Source of the DNA: Myxococcota bacterium
GTDB taxonomy: Bacteria > Myxococcota_A > UBA9042
Direction: 5' to 3'
NCBI GenBank assembly: GCA_049317445.1
Contig: JBMOIG010000003.1
Coordinates: 31,825-95,824 of the forward strand
DNA length: 64,000 nt
This document shows positions 45,103 to 55,675 of this stretch, piece by piece. Below the pieces are notes generated by a model. The model did no database searches. It worked only from the letters and a program-made list of their open reading frames with translations, and was not told the origin of the DNA. Both the position numbers and the translations under genes were made by a program. Position 1 is the first letter of the stretch. Each line of letters starts with the position of its first letter.

Positions 45103-48100
45103 TCAGTACACCAGAACCAAGACACCTGGCGTCGTGACGCTGCCCACCGTGGTGTCGGCCGAACCCACAAGCATGTCAGGACGACCGTCGCCGTTGAAGT
45201 CTCCGATGCCGACGACGGAGGTGCTGACCATGGCCTTCGTGCCGACTCCCCAGCCGAGCGAGCCTGGAGCAAACGGGTTGCCGAAGACAATGTCGTCAAA
45301 TGCGTAGCCGCCCGCTCCCTGAAGCGCGGGGACCTGCATGGCATACCGGACGGTCAACAGCGCCGTGTTGGTGGGTCCGTAGGCCGGCGACCCGTTCACG
45401 ATGTCGGTCAGACCGTCGGGATGGTCACCAAACGTCCCAAGCGAGGACAGGCCTTGGACCCACGCCCGTACGGCTCCGCCCAGAGGATGGGTGCCAAGCG
45501 CCGGAGCGTTCGCAACCGGCGTCAGCGCCATGGAAACGCGTTTTCCGACATAGGAGGCAAGCTTCGACCCGCAGATCCAGTAGATCGCGCCGACGGTCCC
45601 AGAGACCTGATGGCGGACGACCAAGTCGCTGAGGGCGTCGCCATCGATGTTGGCCGCGTCCATCGCCGTGCCGCACGCGTTGATGCCCACATTGGAGTCG
45701 CACAGAACCCGAACCGTCGACCCGTCGTCGGGCGCGGTGCCGAGTTGATCGCGCGTCAGCAGCACTTCGACGTCGCCGCTGAACGTCCGGCCGGGCACGA
45801 TGTGGACCTGCTGGGGCGTGGCGTACTGCGAGATTGCGAGGTCGTCGAACTGCGGCCCCTGGCCCCCGTTGTCCGGGAGCACGTTGCTGAGTCCTACCAG
45901 TGAGTAACCAAACAGCACGTTGCCGACGCTATCCGTCAGGTGGATCGTCATGATGTTGTTGGCGGCGCGGTCGGCCGGGAGGTTGCCGTCGATGATGACC
46001 TGCTTGTCCGTAGTCCAAGCGGAGTTGCCCGGGATCACGAACACCCGGTCATACAGAACGCTTCCGTACGTAGCTGACGTGACGACGATCTCAGCGGTCG
46101 GCAGGCCAGTGACGGGGTGCAAGTCTCCGTTGAAGCTGCGAATCGTGGTCAGCGCGCGGACACCCCACGCCGGCACGGATGCGATGCCTCTGAAGATGAC
46201 CTGCGGTTGAGCCGAGATCAGCTGCTTGTCACGGCCCAAGTACACGCGCACCTCGCGGGTGAACCCGGCACCCTGACCAGCTCCAATGACCAAGTCGTCG
46301 ATGCCGTCGCCGTTGACGTCGCCCGGCTGCAGCGCAGTGTTGCCGGCAAGTCCGAGCCCCGTACCCGGCAGGCAGACGTGATGCGTGCCGACTTGGCTGT
46401 CGAACGTCACTTCGGCGAGTGAACCGTCGGCGGCTGAGGGTCGGCCGTAGACCACGCAGGCGTCGAGGTCGATGCCGCCGCCCACGACAAAGTCGGACAG
46501 ACCGTCACCGTTCAGGTCGCCTGCCGCATACACGCGGTTGCGATACTCAGCGGTCTGGTACTTCGGGTCTGCCGTCGTGACCTTGACGTAGTGCAAACGC
46601 AGCGCGTCGGTCGAAAGGGCCGTCGAGACGTCCGAGTGATTGCCCGCAGCATCCACCGCGCGAATCGCGAAGTAATACTTGGAGATCCCACCGTCGGTCA
46701 GCGGGGCGAACTTGCAGAGGTCGCTGGCAGAACGCGGGTCCGGGCCTGAGATCTCGACTTGCTGCGTGACGCCCGCCTGAGCCGGAACGGGCAGTTGCAC
46801 ACCCGGAATGGCCTTGGCCTCGCAAGCCGCTTCGAACTCGGCAACGGTCGTGATCGCTTTGCGCGAGTACCGCACATCGTAGGCGGCTGCCGTCCCCGTC
46901 ATCCCATCGTCGCCAACGGCGGTGAAAGAAACGCGAGCGAGCGGACGCCGCGGGTTCAGGTCGCCGCTGGCGAACGGGTCCAGAACGACCTTGGCCGGGG
47001 CCTTCCAATCGACCTTGATGGTAACCGTGGCGACGGCCGTATTGCCCAAGGCATCGGCAACCTTCGCCGTGATCGTGTTGCTGGCATCCTCAGTGAGCGT
47101 CGCGAATTGAACCGGGACTTGGTCGGCCGCCGAATCGAACGTCAACGGCAGCTTCACCAAGTCCTGCGGCAGGTCGCCTGTGCTCTGGCCCACCGTGCGC
47201 TTGAGCTCGAGCAGCTCGCCACCCGCCAGACCGGCATCCTTGGCCTCGATCAGCAGGTGCAGCTGGTGGTTGGGCGTAGCGACCGACTGGTCGTCAGGCT
47301 GACCATACAGCGCGGTCGGTCCCGCCGGCGTGTCGAAGCCGAGCACTTGGCCCGCGATGAACGACACCGTGGGATTGGTCAGGTCGGCCTTGACGGTCAC
47401 CGCACCGCTGGAACCCTTGACCGCCGCGCCTTCCAGCGCGACGACCTCGGCCGAGAACGTATCACCATCCTTGACCTCCAAGGCAAAGGACGCCTTGGCG
47501 TTCACCGGAGCGGCCGACGCAACCGCGCTGCCATTCTTGCGCAGTTCGATCTTGTCAGGGGTGCCGCACGGACCGACAAACTCCGCGGTCACGGTCGGCT
47601 TCACGCTGGCGCAGTTCTGTCCAGGAGTCGGGCACGCCTGCGTGTTCAGGCCGCCGATAGGCAGCCCCTTGACCAACACAAGGCAGCCGCTGAGTTGAAC
47701 GTCGAAGCCTCGAGTGGCCACCGTCTTGTTGCCGTTGACGTCCACGCCGGTCAAGCGCAGCACGTAATGCGGCGTGGCGCCAAACGGGATCGTGACATCG
47801 ACCTTGGGCTCGACACCGTTCGGGTTCAGCACCTTGCCGCTGCCAACCTTCTCGTAGCCGGCGCAGTTGAGGAAGCTGGAATCGCAGTCGTCGCCCAATT
47901 CAAGCGTCCACGAGTCGGTGTCGACCGTGCCAAACAGGACGGAGACCTGATAGCCGGAAAGGGCGGGCGCGGCGTCGTCATTGTCGGTGAACGTCGCTCC
48001 CGGGCTCGGGGTCTGAATGCCGAGCTGCGGCGGCTCAGTATCGACCGTGATCTTTGCCGGACTGGTTGCGATGGTCGAGATGTTGCCGCAGACGTCGCGC

Positions 48101-51100
48101 AGGTCCGCTTGCAGTTCGCGTTGGCCTTGGGCGAGCAGGGCATCCTTGGCGTCCAGGAACTGGGCTTGGCCACCGACAAACTTCTCAGTCGCCTTGAAGA
48201 CGCCGCCGTCGCGAATGTTCACGTCCTGACCCTCGACGTCGGAGGCACTGCTGGTCACCAGAACGTCGAGCGGGTCGCCGACCAGCACCTTGGCCTTCGA
48301 CGGCCACGCAAACGTGCCATTCGGACTGATGGTGTTCACCATCATGTTGGGAAGGGTCTTCATCTCGCCGACATTGCCGACCGCATCGACTGCCGCTGCC
48401 GAGATCGCAATCTCGCCTTCGGCAGGGACCGTAACGACGACAGAGGCCTTTCCTCCGACCGTGTCGGCGGTGCCCTTGACCGAGCCGGCCAGCACCGTGA
48501 CCGACGCTTCACCCGTGGTGGTGACCTGGAAGGTGAACTTGCCGCCGGCCAGTCCCAAATCGGGTGTGCTCTGCAGGGCGTTGGACAGGCACAGTGCGGG
48601 CACTGCCGCGTCGGTAGGGGGCGCCAGCAGCTCGATGGACGGCGCGACCGTGTCAATCAAGATCGTCCGGTCCCGTCCGGCAGGCAGCGTCGCCACGAGT
48701 GACGGCGTCCAGGGAACTGTGGGCAGGAAGCTGCCCTCTGCGATGACGTGGTACAGTCCGTCGGGCAGCGAACTGACATTCACGATAGCCGTCGAGGCTT
48801 CGATCTTGCCCGTCGCGATGACCTTGTAGCCGGCGGTCGCGCACGCCTCGCCCGTCACGCCGGGCGAGTTGCTACAAATGCGCAGGGCCGAGCCATTGGG
48901 CAAGCCGAAGGTGAACACACCAATCGACTTCGCGGTGAGCTTGTTCCACGCCACTGCGCAAGTTCCGCTGACGCAAACGGCGTTGGCGCCACAGTCCGCC
49001 TTGACGGAGCACGACGCGGCAGGCAGCGGCAACGGCAGAGTCACACGAATCTCGGCACCGGCGCTCAGCACCTGCATCACCAGCGTCTTCGTCGCCGGAT
49101 TGCCGGCTGTGTCAGCACCTGAGAACACAAGCTTGACCTTGTAGCCGTCGGGCAGTGTCACGATGCCGAACGCGACCACCCCCACTTGGTCGTCGGAAAT
49201 GTTGGGAACGGCCGTCGCGGGATACGAGGCGTACTTGGTCCCATCGTCCTTGAACACGTCCACAACGACCGGCGCATCCTTCGGCAGGCCGGTGGCCTTG
49301 ACCTGAAGGTCAATCTGCATCCCTTCCACGTCCGGCAGCAAGTCATCCATGGCCAGCAACAAGGTCGCCGAGTCGCCGACCTTCACAGGCGATGCCAGAG
49401 CCAGAAACACCGGGGCCGTGCGGTCGACGGTGACCGTCACCGGCTGGGCCTGCGCCTTCTGGCCGGCCGCATCGGTCACCGTCGCGTCGAGGGTGCACGT
49501 CGAGCGGTCGATCAGCGAAATGTTGGCGACCTTGGCGGCGTTGGCCTTGGACTTGCCGAAATAGTCCTTTGCCTTGCCGGCGCAGGTGACCGTTACCTTG
49601 ACGTCGCGGCCATCCTCGACGTTGGTCAAGGCCAGATCGGTGGACATCAGGCAGTTCGGCAGGAAGGGAGTGCACGCCACGCTGTTCAGGTTGAACAACT
49701 GGCCGGTGGCGGGGAACACAAAGGCGATGCCGGGCTGGTCGGTCTTTCGCGTGACGACCAACGGCGCCGTGTAACCCTTCTTGGCTGGGGCGGAGCTGAC
49801 AGCGGCGCCGAACTGTACGGTGGTGTCGCCAGCCGCGAGACCCGTGACCTTGAACGTGTACTCACCCGGGGCGGTCTCCTGCACCGAGACCTGAGCCAAG
49901 GCGCCGTTGATCCACACTTCGGTTTGCGCGCCGGTGACCGGAATGGCCTCAACGCCGGTCGTCACCTTGGCGACGAACGTCATCTGGTCGAACGCGGTGA
50001 ACGCGGGTTGCGTGGGCAGGGTGAACACGACGTTGGGCAGGTCCGACAGCAGCGTGACCACCATGTCGTTCGGCAAGCTGGGGTTGCCAGAGCTGTCGGC
50101 ACCGGTGGGGCGCAGGGTGTTCGCGCCGGGCTGCAGGGTTACGCCGGGGAAGGTGACCTCGGTCTGGCCTGGGGCGACGTCCTGGCACCCGATGGCGATG
50201 CCGTTGGCCTCGAGGCAGACACTGATGGCGTCCCCGACACCAACCTTGACGTCGACCTGGAAACCCGGCACGGCAGGTGCGCTGTCTGCATCGGTCGCTA
50301 CGTTGAGAACCGCTTTGGACGGCTCGAGAATCGCGATCGTGGGACCTTGGGTGTCGACCTGCACGACCCGACTCGTGTCGCTGCACGCGGAATCGGTCGC
50401 AACGTTGCCAAACTGGTCGGTCGCGTTGAGCTGCAGAACGTAGATCCCGTCCGGCAGCGTCTGCGGCGGATTGCCGACGATTAGCGACAGCGGGGTGACA
50501 AGCAGGCCCGCCTTAGCCGTGCCCAGCGGGAACGGCCCGTAGGTCGCGCTGCCATCCTGAGCGGCGAGCGTGGCCGACACGACAGCGCCGTCGAGGTTCT
50601 CGGTCGACGCAGCGATGTCGATCTGGGGCTTGGTGGCGATGCTCGCTCCGGCCGGCGACAGGACGGTCAGGCAAGGGGGCGGCAAGGCGAGGACGAACGA
50701 AACCTCTGGCGAGGCAGACGGATTCGGCGCGTCATCCTTGGCCAGACAAGTGACCTGGCTGCCCAGCAGGTCGAAGTCGAGGGAGACGGGAATGGTGACT
50801 GTGCTGGCTTGCGTGTCCGTGTAGACCACAGAGCCGACCGGGTCGTTGCCGTAAGGGAAGCCCTCGCCGAACTTTCGGCAATACACGGAGATCTTGCTGT
50901 TCGCTGCGCCCTGCTGGAGGCCGACGACGACCGAGGTGTCGTACAGCGACGGCGTCGCCAGGTCTTGGTCATTCTTCGCCAGGAGGGTCTGGCCCGGCGC
51001 GGGGTCCTGAATGACGATCGCCGACTGGCCGGTGAACACGCTGTAGGCGACGTCCTTGGTAGACTTCAGCCCGCAACCATTGGTCGCGGTGATGGAAACG

Positions 51101-52215
51101 CTATAAGTCTTGGTGGTGTCAAACGAAAGCGGGAACGTGAACGCGCCGTCGATCTGAAGCGTGGCGGCCGCGACCTGAGTGCCATCAATCGAGAGGGCGA
51201 TCGCGTTGGCGTCAAAAGGCGTCATGGTGGTGGCCGTACCGACGAGGTCGGCCTGAACGCCGGGCTGCGTGGGATTCGTGTCGTCCGCAAGGGTCAGCTG
51301 GCCAGGCGTCGGCTGGCTGATGTCGATGACCGGAGCCTCGGTCGTCAGGGTCAGGGTCGCCTTGGCGGACTGACCGACGGGTCGTTGCGGCTGGGACTCA
51401 TCGATCACGTTCGCGACGAGCTCGACGGTCTGCGCGACCAGCCCCGTAGCTTCGGCAGCCAGCGTGACCTGAATCGGCGCCGACTGCCCTTGAAACAACG
51501 CGACCTTGGCCGACTGGCCCACGTTGCCGTCCGCGTCGAGGTACCCGATGTAGGCGTGCGTGCAGTCAGGCGTCTCGGTCGTGACGACGAAAGAAGCCTG
51601 GAATCCGGGCGTGACCGGGTCGTCGTCGACGGTCAGGCAGCCCGGCTCAAGCTGCAGCGCAGCCTTGCAGCCGTTCGCGCAGACCAGACCGATGCTCTTG
51701 GCCTCTTCTGCCATCGCTTCGCCGACCGTGACGCGCACGCCGACGCTCAGCGCATCCTGACACGGCACGTCCAGCTTGAGGAAGCGAGCTTCATTGGATG
51801 CAACGGGCGCGGACAGGCCGCTCTTCTTTCCGTCGACCAACAGCTCGACCATGGTGCCGTCGGGAACGTTGGTGGTCGTGGCGATGACGTCGACCTGCAC
51901 GCCGATGGCATCGAGGCCCGGGTACTTGTCGTCCTCGAACGTCAGGACGACGGACGAGACCGAACCCTCAAGCGCCATGCCCTTGCCGGTCTCGATCGAC
52001 AAGGCGATCGTCGGCGCAGGCGTCGTGTCGGTAGCGTCGCCCGCGAGGTCGGTGTCGGTGACGTCGCCGGGGAGGCACGCGTCCCCCGTGCAGCCGTCCC
52101 AGGTCGGGGGGCCCGATACTCTCTGGTCTGAGCAGCCCACCGCAAAGGCGACGACAGCTGCAATCATCAGGACGGGTCGGAGCCCACGAGCGATAGCCAT
52201 TTGCCTTCCTCCCAA
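45103..52215 (-). CDS. giant surface lipoprotein/adhesin with Ig-like, FN3 and C-terminal FG-GAP (integrin-alpha-like) repeats
   Basis: 2370 aa. The N-terminus MAIARGLRPVLMIAAVVAFAVGCSD carries a lipobox. It has many beta-sandwich-like repeats, an FN3-like unit (AYDVRYSRKAIT...YYFAIRAVDAAGNHS) and FG-GAP loops GDLNGDGLSDFVVGG, GDVNGDGIDDLVIGAG and GDFNGDGRPDMLVGS. Confidence 0.75.
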   Translation of the reverse strand: MGGRQMAIARGLRPVLMIAAVVAFAVGCSDQRVSGPPTWDGCTGDACLPGDVTDTDLAGDATDTTPAPTIALSIETGKGMALEGSVSSVVLTFEDDKYPGLDAIGVQVDVIATTTNVPDGTMVELLVDGKKSGLSAPVASNEARFLKLDVPCQDALSVGVRVTVGEAMAEEAKSIGLVCANGCKAALQLEPGCLTVDDDPVTPGFQASFVVTTETPDCTHAYIGYLDADGNVGQSAKVALFQGQSAPIQVTLAAEATGLVAQTVELVANVIDESQPQRPVGQSAKATLTLTTEAPVIDISQPTPGQLTLADDTNPTQPGVQADLVGTATTMTPFDANAIALSIDGTQVAAATLQIDGAFTFPLSFDTTKTYSVSITATNGCGLKSTKDVAYSVFTGQSAIVIQDPAPGQTLLAKNDQDLATPSLYDTSVVVGLQQGAANSKISVYCRKFGEGFPYGNDPVGSVVYTDTQASTVTIPVSLDFDLLGSQVTCLAKDDAPNPSASPEVSFVLALPPPCLTVLSPAGASIATKPQIDIAASTENLDGAVVSATLAAQDGSATYGPFPLGTAKAGLLVTPLSLIVGNPPQTLPDGIYVLQLNATDQFGNVATDSACSDTSRVVQVDTQGPTIAILEPSKAVLNVATDADSAPAVPGFQVDVKVGVGDAISVCLEANGIAIGCQDVAPGQTEVTFPGVTLQPGANTLRPTGADSSGNPSLPNDMVVTLLSDLPNVVFTLPTQPAFTAFDQMTFVAKVTTGVEAIPVTGAQTEVWINGALAQVSVQETAPGEYTFKVTGLAAGDTTVQFGAAVSSAPAKKGYTAPLVVTRKTDQPGIAFVFPATGQLFNLNSVACTPFLPNCLMSTDLALTNVEDGRDVKVTVTCAGKAKDYFGKSKANAAKVANISLIDRSTCTLDATVTDAAGQKAQAQPVTVTVDRTAPVFLALASPVKVGDSATLLLAMDDLLPDVEGMQIDLQVKATGLPKDAPVVVDVFKDDGTKYASYPATAVPNISDDQVGVVAFGIVTLPDGYKVKLVFSGADTAGNPATKTLVMQVLSAGAEIRVTLPLPLPAASCSVKADCGANAVCVSGTCAVAWNKLTAKSIGVFTFGLPNGSALRICSNSPGVTGEACATAGYKVIATGKIEASTAIVNVSSLPDGLYHVIAEGSFLPTVPWTPSLVATLPAGRDRTILIDTVAPSIELLAPPTDAAVPALCLSNALQSTPDLGLAGGKFTFQVTTTGEASVTVLAGSVKGTADTVGGKASVVVTVPAEGEIAISAAAVDAVGNVGEMKTLPNMMVNTISPNGTFAWPSKAKVLVGDPLDVLVTSSASDVEGQDVNIRDGGVFKATEKFVGGQAQFLDAKDALLAQGQRELQADLRDVCGNISTIATSPAKITVDTEPPQLGIQTPSPGATFTDNDDAAPALSGYQVSVLFGTVDTDSWTLELGDDCDSSFLNCAGYEKVGSGKVLNPNGVEPKVDVTIPFGATPHYVLRLTGVDVNGNKTVATRGFDVQLSGCLVLVKGLPIGGLNTQACPTPGQNCASVKPTVTAEFVGPCGTPDKIELRKNGSAVASAAPVNAKASFALEVKDGDTFSAEVVALEGAAVKGSSGAVTVKADLTNPTVSFIAGQVLGFDTPAGPTALYGQPDDQSVATPNHQLHLLIEAKDAGLAGGELLELKRTVGQSTGDLPQDLVKLPLTFDSAADQVPVQFATLTEDASNTITAKVADALGNTAVATVTIKVDWKAPAKVVLDPFASGDLNPRRPLARVSFTAVGDDGMTGTAAAYDVRYSRKAITTVAEFEAACEAKAIPGVQLPVPAQAGVTQQVEISGPDPRSASDLCKFAPLTDGGISKYYFAIRAVDAAGNHSDVSTALSTDALRLHYVKVTTADPKYQTAEYRNRVYAAGDLNGDGLSDFVVGGGIDLDACVVYGRPSAADGSLAEVTFDSQVGTHHVCLPGTGLGLAGNTALQPGDVNGDGIDDLVIGAGQGAGFTREVRVYLGRDKQLISAQPQVIFRGIASVPAWGVRALTTIRSFNGDLHPVTGLPTAEIVVTSATYGSVLYDRVFVIPGNSAWTTDKQVIIDGNLPADRAANNIMTIHLTDSVGNVLFGYSLVGLSNVLPDNGGQGPQFDDLAISQYATPQQVHIVPGRTFSGDVEVLLTRDQLGTAPDDGSTVRVLCDSNVGINACGTAMDAANIDGDALSDLVVRHQVSGTVGAIYWICGSKLASYVGKRVSMALTPVANAPALGTHPLGGAVRAWVQGLSSLGTFGDHPDGLTDIVNGSPAYGPTNTALLTVRYAMQVPALQGAGGYAFDDIVFGNPFAPGSLGWGVGTKAMVSTSVVGIGDFNGDGRPDMLVGSADTTVGSVTTPGVLVLVY

Positions 52216-52237
52216 ATCCCGTCGCGGAGCCCCTGCT

Positions 52238-52648
52238 CTAATCGGCCAAGCTGACGATGACGAGGCGTTCCAACAGCGATTGCAGGAAGGCGTCGACGTC
52301 CTCAGCGGCCCGCTCGGGCGAGACTTCGTACCGGTCGGTCAGCGTCGCCACGAGTTCATCGCGGCGACACTCCCCTTGCTTCAGCTTCTCGAACAATTCC
52401 ACGGCTGTGGTGGACGAGAGCCGATGAAATGCACGGTCGTCCGTGACCAGAAACACTTCGGGTCCGACAGCGCGGTGCGCCACCTGCGGGTGCAGTGCGT
52501 AACGAACTCGCGGGTCCCGACCGATCAAGGACGACCTCCAGAACAGCGTACAGAACCCCGGCACGGTGATGCTCCCGCGTCGGCAGACTCTCCCCGCGAA
52601 GCGCTGCGCCTGACCCGTCGCGCCAATGGACGATTCGGTGTGATGCAA
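52238..52648 (-). CDS. PqqD-family (RRE-type) peptide-chaperone-like protein
   Basis: EVFLVTDDRAFHRLSSTTAVELFEKLKQGECRRDELVATLTDRYEVSPERAAEDVDAFLQSLLERLVIV fits the PqqD pattern. The true start is probably an internal GTG near 52540. Confidence 0.5.
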   Translation of the reverse strand: MHHTESSIGATGQAQRFAGRVCRRGSITVPGFCTLFWRSSLIGRDPRVRYALHPQVAHRAVGPEVFLVTDDRAFHRLSSTTAVELFEKLKQGECRRDELVATLTDRYEVSPERAAEDVDAFLQSLLERLVIVSLAD

Positions 52649-52740
52649 CGCGCAAGGAATGCTGGATTCTGCCGGATGGGTTCAGGCAAGGCAAGGCTGG
52701 ACCGCCGCAGATCGGTCGGCAGCAGCCTCGCCGACGTTGA

Positions 52741-53487
52741 TCAGCCGGGCAGGGAAGGCATGGGCAGATCGGCGACGAGGTGCCCCGCGGCGACCTCTGC
52801 CTCACTTGCAGACAGGTAGCTGGGAATGAGTTCCAGAGCTGTCCGAAAGGCGTCTGACGAGCGTGCCAGCGCGATCGCGCCCACCCGCTGCGCCAAGGGA
52901 TGGGGCAGGTCCTCGAGGTCGCGGATACCGCCAGCGTTCCAAACGCGCTCCATCGCACCCCGCCCAGGACTTCCACCTGTGAACGGCGATCCGACAACAG
53001 CGACCGGAGCAGCGGCCGCGCGGGCTGCCGTTGCACACGTGCGCCAAAAGGCCTCCGCCTCGTCATCCGGCAACAACCGCTCGTGGAGAGCGCCGGGCCG
53101 CGGCGACCAGCCGACAAACGAGAGCCCGGATCGCGCCGGAAGGGCCACACAAAGGGGGCCCGACCAGCCCTGCTCGCGGGCTTGAGCGGCCATCGCCTCC
53201 AACGAACCGACTGCAATCGTTGGAATCTTGTGAGCCCAAGCCAGGGCCCGTGCGGTGGCGATACCCTGACGCAGGCCGGTGAACGAGCCGGGCCCCACGT
53301 CGCACGCGATCGCCTCGAGGTCCGACGACTGCAAGCCGGCGTCCGCCAGCAGCTGCCACACCAACGCCGTGAGCTGTCGAGGCTCGCCACGACCGGCGTG
53401 CTGCAGGGTGTGGGCGACGGGCTGACCATCGACGAAGAGCGCCGCACCGTGCCAAGGCGTCGATGTGGTCAAGGCGAGCAGTTTCAA
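52741..53487 (-). CDS. tsaB: tRNA threonylcarbamoyladenosine biosynthesis protein TsaB
   Basis: MKLLALTTSTPWHGAALF...IACDVGPGSFTGLRQGIATARALAWAHKIPTIAVGSLEAMA matches the YeaZ/TsaB family. Confidence 0.8.
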   Translation of the reverse strand: MKLLALTTSTPWHGAALFVDGQPVAHTLQHAGRGEPRQLTALVWQLLADAGLQSSDLEAIACDVGPGSFTGLRQGIATARALAWAHKIPTIAVGSLEAMAAQAREQGWSGPLCVALPARSGLSFVGWSPRPGALHERLLPDDEAEAFWRTCATAARAAAAPVAVVGSPFTGGSPGRGAMERVWNAGGIRDLEDLPHPLAQRVGAIALARSSDAFRTALELIPSYLSASEAEVAAGHLVADLPMPSLPG

Positions 53488-53531
53488 GAGGTTTACCTCT
53501 TTGCCGGGGGGGCGTCTGGGGAAGACTCCGC

Positions 53532-55391
53532 CTATTGGGTCAGCGTCGCAATCAACCGCTGCACATCGTTCTTCATCACGACCACGAACAAGAGCCCCAA
53601 CAGGCTCATGCCGACGTAGGCGGCGATCTGGCGCGTGCGCAGGCTGACCGGCTTGCGCTTGACGGCCTCGATGGCGAGGAAGAGCAGATGGCCGCCGTCC
53701 ACCAGCGGAATCGGAAACAAGTTCAGGATCGCGAGGTTGATGCTGATCCAGACCATCAGGTGGAAGAAGAAGCCCGCGCCTAGCTCTGCCGTCTTGGACG
53801 CGAGCTGGGCCATGAAGATCGGACCGCCGACCTCCTTGACCGGCACATGGCCCCGCAGCAGTCCGGCCACCGTCAAGACCGTGACGTTGAGCGCCCGTTT
53901 CATCTCCGCGCCGGTCTTGTCGATGGCGTTGAGGACGGGCGCGGGATTGTCGATCAGCTCCGGAAGCTCGTAGGACTGGGCGGGGTTGGCGCCAAACGAC
54001 AGCGACGGCCGGTCCTCGGCGTCCACGGTCACCCCCAAGGTAAGAGGAACCTGCAGGTCCATGTAGCCCGCAGCAAACACGGCTTGGGGGTCCCGGGCGG
54101 TCAGGAGCGCCTTTTCGATGGGATTTGCGGGCACTTTGCGACCAGCCGCTACCTCGGACAGACCGTCCATGTCCTCGGGTCCAAATACGTGGCGAACGAG
54201 CAGGGGATGGGGCCGAGACAGGGCCGCGCGCATCCGGGTGACCAGTTCAGGGGTCGACAGCCCGCGACTCTCAGGGTCGACCCTCACGTCATCGTAGGGC
54301 TTGCTGAGGCGCTGCAGCACGTCGAGAAAGCTGCGGGTTGGCGCCCCTCCGATGCTGAGGATCTGGTCGCCGGGCCGCAACCCTGCCTGTGTGTCGGCGG
54401 GCGATCCCTTTTCGACCGGCCCCACCACGAGGTCTGCCGGAGACAGGCCGATGCGATCGGCGTCGAGTCCAGCAGGCAGTGCCAAGAGGTGCGGCGGGCC
54501 CTGATGCTGCGAATCGTAGGCTTCCGCCAAGGCCTTGCGCACGACGGGGACACGGCTGCGCAACGAATTGACACGGAGGGAGACGGACTTGCCTTCCCGC
54601 AGGGCTTGCGCCAATGCCGCGCGCATCTCGTAGTACCGCGGGGTCTCTTGACCGTTGACGCTCACAATTCGGTCACCGGGGCGCAGACCCACCATCCAAG
54701 CCGGCGAGCCGGGCTCGACCGTGACGACCGACGACTGTGCAGTGGGCCGCACGCCGATCCGGCCGACCTGATCGACCAGCCCAAGCTCCGCCACTTGCAC
54801 TTCGCGGTGCGCCACGGGCGTCAGTTGCGTCGTGTGCCGCTGACCTTCGCGCTCGTAGACCACTGGCGTTGGCAGGCCGGGCCGCTCGGACACCAGTTGC
54901 TGCAGCCGGTCAAACGTCAGCACGGACTCGCCAGCGATCTCGACGATGCGGTCTCCGGTCTGCAGGCCCGCCTCAGCCGCAGGCAACCCGGGCTCGACGG
55001 TGCCGACCCGGGCCGACACCACCTGACCGTCGAGCGCCAAGGCGCCGATAAACAGAATAGGCAGTGGTAACAGGATGTTGGCGATGGGACCTGCGGCCAC
55101 TATCACGGCGCGGCGCCACACCGGCTTGTTGTGGAACGACGCGGGATCGGCAGCTACCGAAGGGTCCGTCGGCGCCATGGAGTCATCGCCCTGCATGCGC
55201 ACAAATCCGCCCAACGGCAGAAGGCGCACGGAGAACTCGGTCGGACCGCGCTGCCACTTCCACACCACGGGACCAAAGCCCACGGCGAACGCGAGCACTT
55301 TGACGCCCATCAGCCGGGCAGCCAAGTAGTGCCCGAACTCGTGGAACAGGACCAGTGGAACCAGCAGGGCCAGAAAGTAGAGCAGGAACAT
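53532..55391 (-). CDS. rseP: RIP zinc metalloprotease RseP (site-2 protease) with PDZ domains
   Basis: The internal start MFLLYFLALLVPLVLFHEFGHYLAARLMGVKV carries HExxH. There are multiple PDZ segments, and the C-terminal TM carries an LDGG motif (PLVDGGHLLFLAIEAVK). Confidence 0.85.
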   Translation of the reverse strand: MFLLYFLALLVPLVLFHEFGHYLAARLMGVKVLAFAVGFGPVVWKWQRGPTEFSVRLLPLGGFVRMQGDDSMAPTDPSVAADPASFHNKPVWRRAVIVAAGPIANILLPLPILFIGALALDGQVVSARVGTVEPGLPAAEAGLQTGDRIVEIAGESVLTFDRLQQLVSERPGLPTPVVYEREGQRHTTQLTPVAHREVQVAELGLVDQVGRIGVRPTAQSSVVTVEPGSPAWMVGLRPGDRIVSVNGQETPRYYEMRAALAQALREGKSVSLRVNSLRSRVPVVRKALAEAYDSQHQGPPHLLALPAGLDADRIGLSPADLVVGPVEKGSPADTQAGLRPGDQILSIGGAPTRSFLDVLQRLSKPYDDVRVDPESRGLSTPELVTRMRAALSRPHPLLVRHVFGPEDMDGLSEVAAGRKVPANPIEKALLTARDPQAVFAAGYMDLQVPLTLGVTVDAEDRPSLSFGANPAQSYELPELIDNPAPVLNAIDKTGAEMKRALNVTVLTVAGLLRGHVPVKEVGGPIFMAQLASKTAELGAGFFFHLMVWISINLAILNLFPIPLVDGGHLLFLAIEAVKRKPVSLRTRQIAAYVGMSLLGLLFVVVMKNDVQRLIATLTQ

Positions 55392-55675
55392 GCCTCTCCG
55401 TCGGGGCGTGGGCACCCTGAAGTGGGGGCCTGTAGGGGTCGGACACAGTATAGCGTATTTGGTGGCGGGCGCATTCCCGGCCGGCCCGTCCGCACCGGCA
55501 ACCACCCGGCCGACCTGCGGTCCGACACAACCGGACGCTTGTCGCTCGCGCCGTCCTCGGTCCACAATGGCGCGCGTTGCAGGCGGGTGAGGGAAGGAGT
55601 AGACACCGCCAGACTCTGCGCACGCCCAAGCGAAGCGCAAAGCTGTGGATTCCACCTGAGCTGCACGGGAGGCAC

